Below are positions 28,446-40,600 of a DNA stretch of 64,000 nt, piece after piece. The notes beneath the pieces were generated by a model, which saw only the letters and a program-made list of their open reading frames with translations, searched no databases and was not told the DNA's origin. Made by a program: the position numbers and the translations under genes. The DNA is taken from assembly GCA_002721445.1 (NCBI GenBank), contig PBKN01000014.1, positions 12,988 to 76,987 of the forward strand. Direction: 5' to 3'. Source of the stretch: Chloroflexota bacterium. GTDB taxonomy: Bacteria > Chloroflexota > Dehalococcoidia > Lucifugimonadales > GCA-002723415. How positions within the stretch are numbered: position 1 is the stretch's first letter; each line of letters opens with the position of its first letter.

Positions 28446-29252
28446 ATGACAAATAATAAAGAAATTAATGTCTTAATTAATGGTATTCATGGGAAAATGG
28501 GTAGCGAAGTCTTAAACGCAGTATGTAAAGACTCAAGTTTAAATTTAATTGCTGGAATAGATAAATTATCTTCAACAAAACCTTTGATAATTCCTGGCCA
28601 AACTAAAACTATTCAAATTGAAAATAATATAAATAAGATCACTGATTTAAGTGAAATAGATGTAATTATAGATTTCACAAATAAAGCCGGAGCTATGGAA
28701 GTCATAAGAACTGCTGTCCCGGAAGGGATACGAATAGTTAGTGGATCAACAGGTTTTGATAGCAATGATTACGAAGAAATTAATGATCTGGCTGAAAAAT
28801 TTCAAACAGGAATATTTATAGCACCTAATTTTACAACAGGCGCAATTCTATTAATGCATTTTGCAAAAATAGCTGCTCGGTTTTTTGATTATGCTGATAT
28901 TAATGAAGTTCATCACGAAGCAAAAATAGACTCCCCGTCTGGGACTGCAATAGCTATTGCAAAATCTATTATTGACGGTAAAAAAGAAAATTTATCTAAT
29001 AATATACCAGAAAAAGAAATTATAAAAAATTCAAGAGGAGCTAATTATAAAGGAATCAATATACATAGTGGACGTATGCCTGGTAGAGTAGCTCACCATG
29101 AACTTGTATTTGGAGCTCCTGGACAAACATTAACAATTAAACATGATTCAATAAATAGAGAAAGTTTTATGCCAGCTGTTATTGAATCAGTAAAATTTGT
29201 AATTAAGTCAAATAAATTTACAATTGGCTTAGAAAACATAATGAAATTATAA
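28446..29252 (+). CDS. dapB: 4-hydroxy-tetrahydrodipicolinate reductase
   Basis: 268 aa. Has the NAD site INGIHGKMG and the catalytic EVHHEAKIDSPSGTA. Confidence 0.9.
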   Translation: MTNNKEINVLINGIHGKMGSEVLNAVCKDSSLNLIAGIDKLSSTKPLIIPGQTKTIQIENNINKITDLSEIDVIIDFTNKAGAMEVIRTAVPEGIRIVSGSTGFDSNDYEEINDLAEKFQTGIFIAPNFTTGAILLMHFAKIAARFFDYADINEVHHEAKIDSPSGTAIAIAKSIIDGKKENLSNNIPEKEIIKNSRGANYKGINIHSGRMPGRVAHHELVFGAPGQTLTIKHDSINRESFMPAVIESVKFVIKSNKFTIGLENIMKL

Positions 29253-29267
29253 TTATTTAAATAAAAA

Positions 29268-30284
29268 ATGTTGAAAAAATATAACATAGCTGTAATAGGT
29301 GCCACAGGCGCAGTTGGTCAAGTCTTATTAGATTTAATTGAAGCACGAAATTTTCCATATAATTCTTTATACCTTTGTGCTTCTACACGTTCTGTCGGGA
29401 AAAAATTAGTAGTTAATGAAACTGAATATTTAGTAGAAGAAATAAAAGAAGAACTTTTTAATAATGTAGATTTTGTATTTATATCTGCTAATAATGAAAT
29501 TAGTAAAAATATTGGTCTATTGGCAAGCAAAAAAAACTGTATAGTAATAGATGATAGTTCTGTATTCAGAATGAATCCAGATGTCCCTTTAGTAGTTCCA
29601 GAAGTTAATGCTCATGCCCTAAAAGAGCATAAAGGAATTATATCTATTCCTAATTGTTCAACTACTCCTTTAGCAATGATACTTAAACCTCTACACAGTA
29701 TTAATCCTATTAAACGTGTAATTGTTGATACTTACCAATCCGTATCAGGTACAGGTGCTGCAGCAATCAAAGAATTAAATTTACAATCCTCCGAAATTTT
29801 AGATAACCTCAACCCAACAATTTCTGAATATCCTCACCAAATAGCTTTCAACTTAATCCCCCATATAGATAATTTCCATGAAAACGGATATACAAATGAA
29901 GAAATGAAAATGATAAATGAAACTAGAAAAATACTAGAGATACCAGATCTCCCAATTTCTGCAACTTGTGTAAGAGTTCCTGTTAAAATTGCTCATTGTG
30001 AATCAGTAAATATTGAATTATCTGAACCAATCGAATTAGAAACAGTAAATAATATTTTTTCTAACAATAAAGGTATTAAGATATTAGATAATCCACTAAA
30101 AAACCTCTATCCAACTCCTATAGAAGTTGAAGGAAAAGATGATGTATTAATAGGTAGAATTAGAAAAGATTTATCAAATAAAAATGGTATATCTCTTTGG
30201 CTTGCATCGGATAATTTACGTAAAGGAGCAGCTCTAAATGCAATTCAAATAGCAGAAGAAATTATATCAAATAATTATTTCTAA
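29268..30284 (+). CDS. asd: aspartate-semialdehyde dehydrogenase
   Basis: 338 aa. Has IGATGAVGQ and the active-site IPNCSTTP. Confidence 0.93.
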   Translation: MLKKYNIAVIGATGAVGQVLLDLIEARNFPYNSLYLCASTRSVGKKLVVNETEYLVEEIKEELFNNVDFVFISANNEISKNIGLLASKKNCIVIDDSSVFRMNPDVPLVVPEVNAHALKEHKGIISIPNCSTTPLAMILKPLHSINPIKRVIVDTYQSVSGTGAAAIKELNLQSSEILDNLNPTISEYPHQIAFNLIPHIDNFHENGYTNEEMKMINETRKILEIPDLPISATCVRVPVKIAHCESVNIELSEPIELETVNNIFSNNKGIKILDNPLKNLYPTPIEVEGKDDVLIGRIRKDLSNKNGISLWLASDNLRKGAALNAIQIAEEIISNNYF

Positions 30285-30302
30285 ACTATGAAGGAGTAGA
30301 AA

Positions 30303-32483
<2,181 letters not shown>

Positions 32484-32501
32484 CTAAATCCCTATCATAA
32501 T

Positions 32502-33848
32502 TTATTCTTGTTCTAATTCAAATAATACTTTGTCTAATTTAGTAATTATCTCATCAACTTGATTTTTATTAATACAAATTGGTGGCCCAAAATGAATAGT
32601 TTTACCATTAGTTCTTAATAAAAGACCTTCTCTAATCAATTTGGACTTAAGTTTATCTGAAAAGTTAGTATTTATATTTTTACTAACCGAGTCGTTATTA
32701 ATTAAACTAAGACCTAACATTAAACCTATCCCACCAATATCTCCAATCATATTATGTTTTGATTTCAAGTCATTTAATCTATTTAAAAAATATTTTCCTA
32801 CTTCAGCAGCATTGTTTACTAAATTTTCTTTTTCAATTATTTCAATATTTTTTAATGCAGCTGCAGCTGCAGCTGGATGACCTCCAAATGTTAGAGCCTG
32901 ACGAAATAAATTCTCCGAACCAACATATGCATCTGCAATATCTTCAGAAACAATTACTGCACCAAGTGGAACATAGCAACTCACGACTCCTTTAGCAACA
33001 GTCATAATATCTGGAGTTATACCAAAATGATCAATTCCAAACCATTTACCTGTTCTGCCAAATCCACATACTACTTCATCAACAATTAACAAAACCCCAT
33101 ATTTATTACATATATCTCTCAACATTTCCCAATATATAATGTTGGGAGGAGAAACAGCTTGGTCTGGTAATTGAGATACAATGGGCTCAGCTATTACAGC
33201 AGCAATAGTTTTAGGTGAATGATATAATATCATCCTCTCTACTTCATTAGCACATCTCACAGCATTATCGTAAGAACTTTCATTTTCATATTTATTACTT
33301 AAAGGATTAGGTTGTGATACATATACCATTCCAGGATAAGGCACTCCAAATTCTGAAACTTTATCTGGAGACCCTAGCCACATAACTCCGCCAGTTGCAC
33401 CATGATAAGATCCTTCACGACTAATAATTTTATATTTACCCTTATCACCTCTACGAGAATGATACCCTCTAGCAATTTTTATAGCTGTTTCATTTGCCTC
33501 TGATCCTCCTGTAACAGGATAAATCCTATTAAGATTTCCCGGAGTCATGCTAGCTAGTTTTTCTACTAATCTAATTAAAGGCTCAGTAGTTGAACCTTGA
33601 GGAAAATATGAAATAGCATTTAATTGTTCTTTCACAACTTGAGCAATTTCAGGCCTACCATATCCTAAGTTTACTGAGGAATAACCTCCATTACAGTCAA
33701 TAAAAGTATTCCCTTCTGAATCAGTAACATAAATCCCCTTAGCATCAATTATTATTCTAGGGCCATTTTCTTTATTTGATTGCAACCAACTTTTGCTATT
33801 CATCCAAAGATGTTCTATTGCAATATTTTTAAGATTATTGGTATTCAA
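32502..33848 (-). CDS. class III (omega-type) aminotransferase, paralog 2
   Basis: 448 aa with a TTG start and GGAG 7 nt upstream. Has DEVVCGFGRTGKW and DIMTVAKG (PLP lysine). Confidence 0.9.
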   Translation of the reverse strand: MNTNNLKNIAIEHLWMNSKSWLQSNKENGPRIIIDAKGIYVTDSEGNTFIDCNGGYSSVNLGYGRPEIAQVVKEQLNAISYFPQGSTTEPLIRLVEKLASMTPGNLNRIYPVTGGSEANETAIKIARGYHSRRGDKGKYKIISREGSYHGATGGVMWLGSPDKVSEFGVPYPGMVYVSQPNPLSNKYENESSYDNAVRCANEVERMILYHSPKTIAAVIAEPIVSQLPDQAVSPPNIIYWEMLRDICNKYGVLLIVDEVVCGFGRTGKWFGIDHFGITPDIMTVAKGVVSCYVPLGAVIVSEDIADAYVGSENLFRQALTFGGHPAAAAAALKNIEIIEKENLVNNAAEVGKYFLNRLNDLKSKHNMIGDIGGIGLMLGLSLINNDSVSKNINTNFSDKLKSKLIREGLLLRTNGKTIHFGPPICINKNQVDEIITKLDKVLFELEQE

Positions 33849-33888
33849 TAAATGTCTCCTTTATAAAAATATACAACCCTATAATAAT

Positions 33889-35259
33889 CTAATCATTAAC
33901 AGGTAGTCCAAGTTCCCCTTCAAGTTCCCATAAAGACAAATCTATAGCATGAACTATTTCATCAATTTCCGAACGGGTTATACTTAATGGAGGTCCAATA
34001 TTCAATATTTCATTACTTACTCTAAAAATTAAACCGTGTTTAAAAAATTTTTCTGTCAGTCTATCAGGAATTGACAAATCAGAAGAAAATAATGATTTAG
34101 TTTTTCTATCACTAACTATTTCAAAAGCTACTAATAGACCAATTCCTCTAACATCTCCAATAATTTGGTGGTCAGTTTTTAAAACTTCTAATTGCTCTTT
34201 TAAATATTTTCCCATTTTTGCAGAATTATCTATAATATTTTCATTTTCTAAAATTTCAATATTTTTCAATGCAGCTGCAGCAGATACCGGGTGGCCAGAA
34301 TTAGTTAATGTATGCTTGAAATAATTATTTTCATCAGCAAATTTATCAGCAACTTTTTTACTAACTATCGTAGCAGCTAAAGGTAGATAACTACTAATTA
34401 TCCCTTTAGCTACAGTCATAATATCCGGAGTTATACCCCAATGTTCTATAGCAAACATTTTACCAGTTCTTCCAAATCCACAAATTACTTCATCAGCAAT
34501 CAATAAAACACCATATTTATCACAAATCTCTCTTAACATCGGCCAATATTCATCTCCAGGAACTATAGCTCCTTGAGGTATAGCTATAGGTTCAGCTATA
34601 ACAGCTGCAATAGTATTTGGCCCATGAAATTTAATTAAATCTTCTATTGCATTGGCAGACTTAATCGCGCATTCAGAATTATTTAATGAATTAAATTCAC
34701 ACCTATATGAATTAGGTTGTGGGGCATGAAGCATATTAGGATACATTGGTTCAAAATCATCTCTTGAAGCTACAGGAGGCCCCCCACCTAACCACAATAC
34801 ACCTGCTGTAGTTCCATGATAAGACCCTCTTCGACTAATAATCTTATTCCTATTTATATCACCATTTTTAACATGATAAGCTCTAGCAATTTTTAAAGCT
34901 GTTTCATTTGCTTCTGATCCTCCACTAACAGGGAAAACTCTAGATAAATCCCCAGGGGTTAAATCAGATAATTTTTTAGCTAATTCTATAGTTGGTTTCG
35001 TAGTACTTCCTTCAGGAAAATAGTTTACTTCCAGCATTTGCTTATAAATTTCTTCAGCAATTTCACTACGACCGTAACCTACATTTACAGAGTTATAACC
35101 TGCATTAACATCAATATATGTATTACCTTCAGTATCTGTAACTCTTATACCTTCACCTTTAACAAAAACAGGAGGATCTCCTATCTCAGCCATCTGTGAC
35201 CAATCTCGATTTTGCATCCATAAATATTTTAATGCTTTATCTCTTAGTTCATTACTCAT
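33889..35259 (-). CDS. class III (omega-type) aminotransferase, paralog 1
   Basis: 456 aa. Has DEVICGFGRTGKM and DIMTVAKG. Colinear along its length with the downstream paralog. Confidence 0.9.
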   Translation of the reverse strand: MSNELRDKALKYLWMQNRDWSQMAEIGDPPVFVKGEGIRVTDTEGNTYIDVNAGYNSVNVGYGRSEIAEEIYKQMLEVNYFPEGSTTKPTIELAKKLSDLTPGDLSRVFPVSGGSEANETALKIARAYHVKNGDINRNKIISRRGSYHGTTAGVLWLGGGPPVASRDDFEPMYPNMLHAPQPNSYRCEFNSLNNSECAIKSANAIEDLIKFHGPNTIAAVIAEPIAIPQGAIVPGDEYWPMLREICDKYGVLLIADEVICGFGRTGKMFAIEHWGITPDIMTVAKGIISSYLPLAATIVSKKVADKFADENNYFKHTLTNSGHPVSAAAALKNIEILENENIIDNSAKMGKYLKEQLEVLKTDHQIIGDVRGIGLLVAFEIVSDRKTKSLFSSDLSIPDRLTEKFFKHGLIFRVSNEILNIGPPLSITRSEIDEIVHAIDLSLWELEGELGLPVND

Positions 35260-35272
35260 ATAATTCTTACTT

Positions 35273-36121
35273 TCAAATATTTTTATATAATTTAATCTTA
35301 TTAGCTATATCTTGTAAACTCTCAATAGATTGCTCAGAATCATAAGAGTATAAATCAATAATCAACCTATTAGCTCCAGCAAATTCAAATTCATTTATTA
35401 ATTCTAAATCCCTAGAAACATCTTTAGTTTTGATAGTTATATCAAAGTCCTTATTTGATTTTATAAATAAATTATCAAATAGAATTTTCTGACTAATTAA
35501 TTCATCAGGGCTTATATTTTCAAGTACAATACCATTACCCCATTTAGATATATATTCATATGATTTTTCATCATTTGTATAAACTAAAACTGGTGGATGC
35601 GGTTCACTTACAGAACTGGGAAAAGAAAATACTGGGGGAAATTTATAATAATTTCCTGAAAATTCACTTTTTGTTTCTGTCCACAACACCTTCATAGATA
35701 ATACAGCTTCTTCGATATTTGCCCATATATTATCGAAGTCTCCTCCCATTATAGAAATTTCTTCTTTAAATGGACTCATACCTATACCAAAGATAAACCT
35801 ACCTTTAGTAAACATATCCAGTGAAGCCACTTCTTTTGATAATAATAGAGGGTTTCTTTCAGTTATTAAGCATGGACCAGTAGCTAATTTCAATTTTTCA
35901 GTTACTGAAGATGCCCTAGCCAGTGAAACAAATGGATCTGCAACATCAGCAAAAATTTTTGGAATTCTAATACCATCTACAGGTTTTATAAAAGTATTTA
36001 CAGGTAGAATAGGACGATCTTCAACCCACAAAGATTCAAATTTCAATTCTTCTAATTCTTTTGCAATTAATGCAATATCCGGTGAATAATCTGTAGGCAA
36101 AACAGAAATTCCAATTTTCAT
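35273..36121 (-). CDS. LLM-class (luciferase-like) oxidoreductase
   Basis: 282 aa. The MKIGISV ... ESLWVEDR ... KLATGPCL layout is luciferase-like. GGAGA lies upstream. Confidence 0.7.
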   Translation of the reverse strand: MKIGISVLPTDYSPDIALIAKELEELKFESLWVEDRPILPVNTFIKPVDGIRIPKIFADVADPFVSLARASSVTEKLKLATGPCLITERNPLLLSKEVASLDMFTKGRFIFGIGMSPFKEEISIMGGDFDNIWANIEEAVLSMKVLWTETKSEFSGNYYKFPPVFSFPSSVSEPHPPVLVYTNDEKSYEYISKWGNGIVLENISPDELISQKILFDNLFIKSNKDFDITIKTKDVSRDLELINEFEFAGANRLIIDLYSYDSEQSIESLQDIANKIKLYKNI

Positions 36122-36253
36122 TTTATCTCCTAAGATATTCTAAAATTAAAGCCACCTCAAATTGTAAGTATACTAAATAACATATATATTAAACAATAAA
36201 TTATAAACTCCCAATTATAATTATGATATTATATTATCTATTGCATTAAAGTA

Positions 36254-36326
36254 GGCAACGTAGCTCAGTGGTTAGAGCGGGCGCTTCATAAGCGCTAGGT
36301 CACAGGTTCGAGTCCTGTCGTTGCCA
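36254..36326 (+). tRNA. tRNA with CAT anticodon (elongator Met, or Ile2 if lysidine-modified); no encoded CCA
   Basis: Hand-folded cloverleaf. Acceptor is GGCAACG/CGTTGCC, D arm is GCTC/GAGC, anticodon stem is GGCGC/GCGCT with loop TTCATAA, and T arm is ACAGG-TTCGAGT-CCTGT. The paired 1-72 position argues against an initiator. Confidence 0.9.
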
Positions 36327-36413
36327 CACCTCTAAATAATACTTTTATAATTATAAATAAACATTATATATTATTTAAATTAGTTAATAATGAAAAAATA
36401 AAGAATCAATCTT

Positions 36414-36489
36414 GCGCTTGTAGCTCAGTGGATAGAGCGCAGCCCTGCGGAGGCTGAGGTCGTGGGTTCGAATCCCACCAAGCGCGCCA
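36414..36489 (+). tRNA. tRNA-Arg (GCG anticodon), CCA encoded
   Basis: Acceptor is GCGCTTG/CAAGCGC, anticodon stem is CAGCC/GGCTG with loop CTGCGGA (anticodon GCG, G37), and T arm is GTGGG-TTCGAAT-CCCAC. The D-loop contains an A at the position-20 region used as an Arg identity element. Confidence 0.88.
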
Positions 36490-36598
36490 CATTTTTTTCA
36501 TTTAAATCAGAATATTTTATGTACTTTCAATAACATTACTATTTACAAAATCAAAGGGTAAATTGATTGATAAAGTATTAACGTATATAATAATTATG

Positions 36599-36630
36599 GA
36601 TGAAGTTATATATCCACATATAACTTCATC
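36599..36630. repeat. perfect 13-bp inverted repeat (hairpin) in the tRNA spacer
   Basis: GATGAAGTTATAT (36599-36611), loop ATCCAC, then ATATAACTTCATC (36618-36630). Confidence 0.7.
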
Positions 36631-36683
36631 TTAAAGAATTACCCTATTATGTACCTTTTTCAGTTGGTAATATATATATGTCA

Positions 36684-36956
36684 TTACTTTATAAAGAATT
36701 CCCAAATCAAAACTCTTAATGAAAACACAAACCATATAAACCCTAGTGCAGCTGATGACATACCATATTTTTTACCCATTACAGCAGTTATTAAGGGAAC
36801 TCCTAATGCACAAAACATTCCTGCGGCATAGAGTTGTGACCCATATAATACATTGACAACTGTCCATATAAACATGAGAACCAATATTAGTCTCATGATA
36901 TAGTGATTAGAAAATATTGCTCCTAACTTCTTGTATAATATAATTGCGGTTTCCAT
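36684..36956 (-). CDS. small hypothetical membrane protein
   Basis: About 90 aa from ATG 36956, with GGAG just upstream, and three hydrophobic segments. No recognisable family. It is the only plausible ORF between tRNA-Arg and tRNA-Val. Confidence 0.3.
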   Translation of the reverse strand: METAIILYKKLGAIFSNHYIMRLILVLMFIWTVVNVLYGSQLYAAGMFCALGVPLITAVMGKKYGMSSAALGFIWFVFSLRVLIWEFFIK

Positions 36957-37050
36957 TCTTCTCCAGACCAATTAGATCAATACTACAACGAATATAATTA
37001 AAAAACATACCACTAATTTGATTTAATGATGTACAATATATAAATTAAAA

Positions 37051-37127
37051 GGGCGATTAGCTCAGCTGGTTAGAGTGTCTGTCTTACACACAGAAGGTCC
37101 GAGGTTCGAGTCCTCGATCGCCCACCA
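37051..37127 (+). tRNA. tRNA-Val (TAC anticodon), CCA encoded
   Basis: Acceptor is GGGCGAT/ATCGCCC, anticodon stem is TCTGT/ACAGA with loop CTTACAC, and T arm is CGAGG-TTCGAGT-CCTCG. Confidence 0.9.
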
Positions 37128-37143
37128 TTGAAAAAATTATTTT

Positions 37144-37659
37144 ATGAAAATATTTCCCTGTTTTGACATAATACAAACAAAAATAGGTTCTATTCGTATT
37201 GAATACTCAGCAAATGGAATAAAAAAAATCACTTTACCGATCAAACCAGATTATAGATCGGCAAATAAAGATGATATCTATGCTAATACAAATAAATTTA
37301 AGATTCTAAAAATAAATCCTTTATATATAGATTTAATAGACTATTTCGAAGGCAAAAATAAAGACTTTTCAAATTATCAAATAGACCTATCAACCTTTTC
37401 TTATTTTGCTAAACTTGTTTTAAATTTATGTAGAAAGATACCATATGGTAAAACTAAAAGTTATCAATGGATTGCTAAAAATATAAATTCCCCATTATCT
37501 TATAGAGCAGTAGGTCAAGTTTTAGCAAAAAACCCCTGTCCTATTATTATTCCGTGCCATAGAGTGGTTTCTAAACAAGGTAAAGTAACAGGGTATTTAG
37601 GAAAAGAAAAAAAAATAGATTTAAAAAAATATTTTTTAAATCTAGAATCCTATTTCTAA
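37144..37659 (+). CDS. ogt: methylated-DNA--protein-cysteine methyltransferase
   Basis: 171 aa. Has the active site IIPCHRVV and YGKTKSYQWIA upstream of it. Confidence 0.85.
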   Translation: MKIFPCFDIIQTKIGSIRIEYSANGIKKITLPIKPDYRSANKDDIYANTNKFKILKINPLYIDLIDYFEGKNKDFSNYQIDLSTFSYFAKLVLNLCRKIPYGKTKSYQWIAKNINSPLSYRAVGQVLAKNPCPIIIPCHRVVSKQGKVTGYLGKEKKIDLKKYFLNLESYF

Positions 37660-37662
37660 AAA

Positions 37663-40600
37663 TCAATTAATATTTTCTACTTTTATACTCCCTTTATCAC
37701 CCAGAATATTTTCTAAATTATTTTTCAAATTATCAGAAATATTAATCTTCATCATAGGCCAACTCATTTTTATTATCTCTTGCCCAGATATTATTTTTAA
37801 TATAACTTCATCATCTCCATTATGGCCTAATAGTAAATCTTTCACTTCATTAAAACGATCTTCATCATTTTTAACACTATCTGTTTCAATTAAAGTTATA
37901 TTTAACTTTTTCATCTCTTGTTTATCTTCAATTTTACTTAAATGATTTCCATTTTGTTTTCCAATGCCTTTAATAGTATTAACTCCTAAGATAGTTTCTG
38001 GATTTATTGTAGGTTCAAATAATGGTTCAACAGATACAAAATCATTATCTTCAAGAGAAGAACTCGAATCATCTTCAAGATTATATCTACTAACAAAAGT
38101 TGCATGAAGAGTAACATCTTCATTTCTAAACTTTAAAGTCCCAAGTATATTGACTAAGTTTCCAACAGTCCAGAAACTCATACTTTCACTCATTAACTCT
38201 TCCCACACAAATACATCTATTGAGCCATCCAATAAAGCTAACGATACAATTAAAAAAGGTTTATCATTTTTTGTTCTTCTATGTATTACTGATGAAATCT
38301 GGCCAGCTAAATTCACCTTTTTTCCTTGAGGTATATCACTAATTTGATTCAAAAATACTATCATTTCAGAATCAGCTTTATTAATTAATAGATTCAAAGG
38401 GTTTTTAGATGATAAAGAAATACCCAGCATTTCTACTTCCCATAATAATTGTTCATGATCTGAAATTGTAGATAAGGGTAAATCAATTTTTGATAATGGA
38501 ACAGAAACTGATTCTCCAAAAAGATCAAACATTGAGGACTGGTTAGAATTTTTTAATTTAAGTTCACTTTGAGCCAGGGATAATATTCTGTCAATAGAAT
38601 CTAATAAGGCTCCACGATGTCCAAATTCATCCATACTTCCTGATTTAATTAAGCTTTCTAAATTCTTACGGTTAATCCCACTCATATCTCCTTCTCTGCA
38701 CATTTCTTCTAAAGAGCCAAATTTTCCGTATTTATTTCTAGCAATTAAAAATGAATCTATAGCTAAATCTCCCACATTTTTAATTGCTGACAAACCAAAC
38801 CTAATACCCTGTTTATCCTCACTAGTTCTAAAAATGGAGAACTTAGAATTACTAAAATTAATGTCTGGAGGCAATACTTTAATACCTAATCTACGACATT
38901 CCACTATTGCACTTCTTACTCTATCCATATTATCAATATACGCATTAAGTAAGGCAACCATATACTCCACTGTATAATTTGCCTTCATATAAGCTGTCCA
39001 ATAAGATATTAATCCATAACTGACACTATGTGCTTTATTAAAAGCATACCCTGCAAAAGGCTCTATCAGGTCAAATATCTTTTCAGCTAATTCATTTGAA
39101 TAACCATGAGATAATGCTCCTCCTATAAATTTTTCTCTTTCGGTAGCCATTATTCCAGGTATTTTTTTCCCCATTGCTTTACGTACTATGTCAGCTTCAC
39201 CTAATGTATAACCTGCAAATGCTTGTGCTATTAATAAAACTTGATCTTGAAATACTATTACTCCATATGTTTCTTCTAGTATTTCTTTTAGAGCTTCATG
39301 GGGATATTCAGGTTCAATGTGTCCATGCTTTGCTGAAATAAATGTATCTATATGCTCCATTGGACCAGGGCGATATAATGCAATCATTGCAGCTATATCA
39401 CCTAGAGAGGTAGGTTTTAACTCTTTAATATATCGCGTCATTCCACTACCTTCTAATTGAAATACCCCAGCTGTTTCTCCATTTCCAAGAAGATCAAATG
39501 TTGGCTTATCATATAAAGGTATATCTTGTAGTTTTATATCTATATTTTTCTCAATACTAATTTGTTTTTGAACATTAGATAAAATTGTTAAGTTAGATAA
39601 ACCTAAAAAATCCATCTTTAATAATCCTAAAGAAGCAATAGGATCCATAGCAAATTGAGTCATTGCTACTTTATGTTCAGTATCTTTCGTAGGCCTTTGC
39701 AAAGGAATAAGTTTATCTAATTCTTTTTTTGATATTAAAACACCTGCGGCATGTGTACTGGAATGTCTTTTTAATCCTTCTAATGATATAGCTGTATCAA
39801 TTAAATTTTTAACTTTCGAATCAGACTGATAAGAATAAGATAATTCAGAAGATTCTGATAATGACTCAGTTATACTAATATTTAAACGGTTTGGAATATA
39901 TTTAGCAATTACATCAACATCAGAATAAGGAATAGCTAAGGCTCTTCCTACATCCCTTATAGCAGCTTTAGCACCCATCGTACCAAAAGTAATTATTTGA
40001 GCAACATGATCAGATCCATATTTTTCTACAACATAATTTAATACTTCTTCTCTTCTATCATCTTGAAAATCCATATCTATATCCGGCATATCTTTTCTTT
40101 CTAAATTTAAAAATCTTTCAAATACCAGATTGTAATCTAAAGGATTGATATCAGTTACACCTAAACAATATAAAGTTAAGCTAGCAGCAGCGCTGCCTCT
40201 AACAGCAAAGAATATATGATTATCACGTACAAATTTTGCTATATCCCATACCACCAAAAAGTAATTTGCAAAACTTGTCTGTTTTATAACTTCTAATTCA
40301 TATTCAAGTCTAGATTTATGATGATCATTTTCTAAATTAAATGTTTTAAGGGCACTAAAGCAAATCTGATTTAAATATTCATCTGCATTTAGACCATTAG
40401 GCACTTCAAATTCAGGTAAATGCATTTGGTCAAAATCAATTTCTAAATCACACATTTCAGCTATTTTTTGAGTATTAGCAATTGCTTCTGGATATTTATC
40501 ATACATTTCGCTCATTTCATCATGGCTTTTCAAATAATATGAATCATCATCCATTTTCATTCTTTTTTCATCTAAAATATTAGTGTTTGTATGAATGCAA

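Noticed and set aside
36122-37143. A genomic island or prophage remnant at the tRNA-Met/Arg/Val cluster.
   Set aside because: I could see no integrase, excisionase or phage gene, and no repeat of any tRNA 3' end. The flanking genes (LLM oxidoreductase, ogt, dnaE) are ordinary chromosomal genes.
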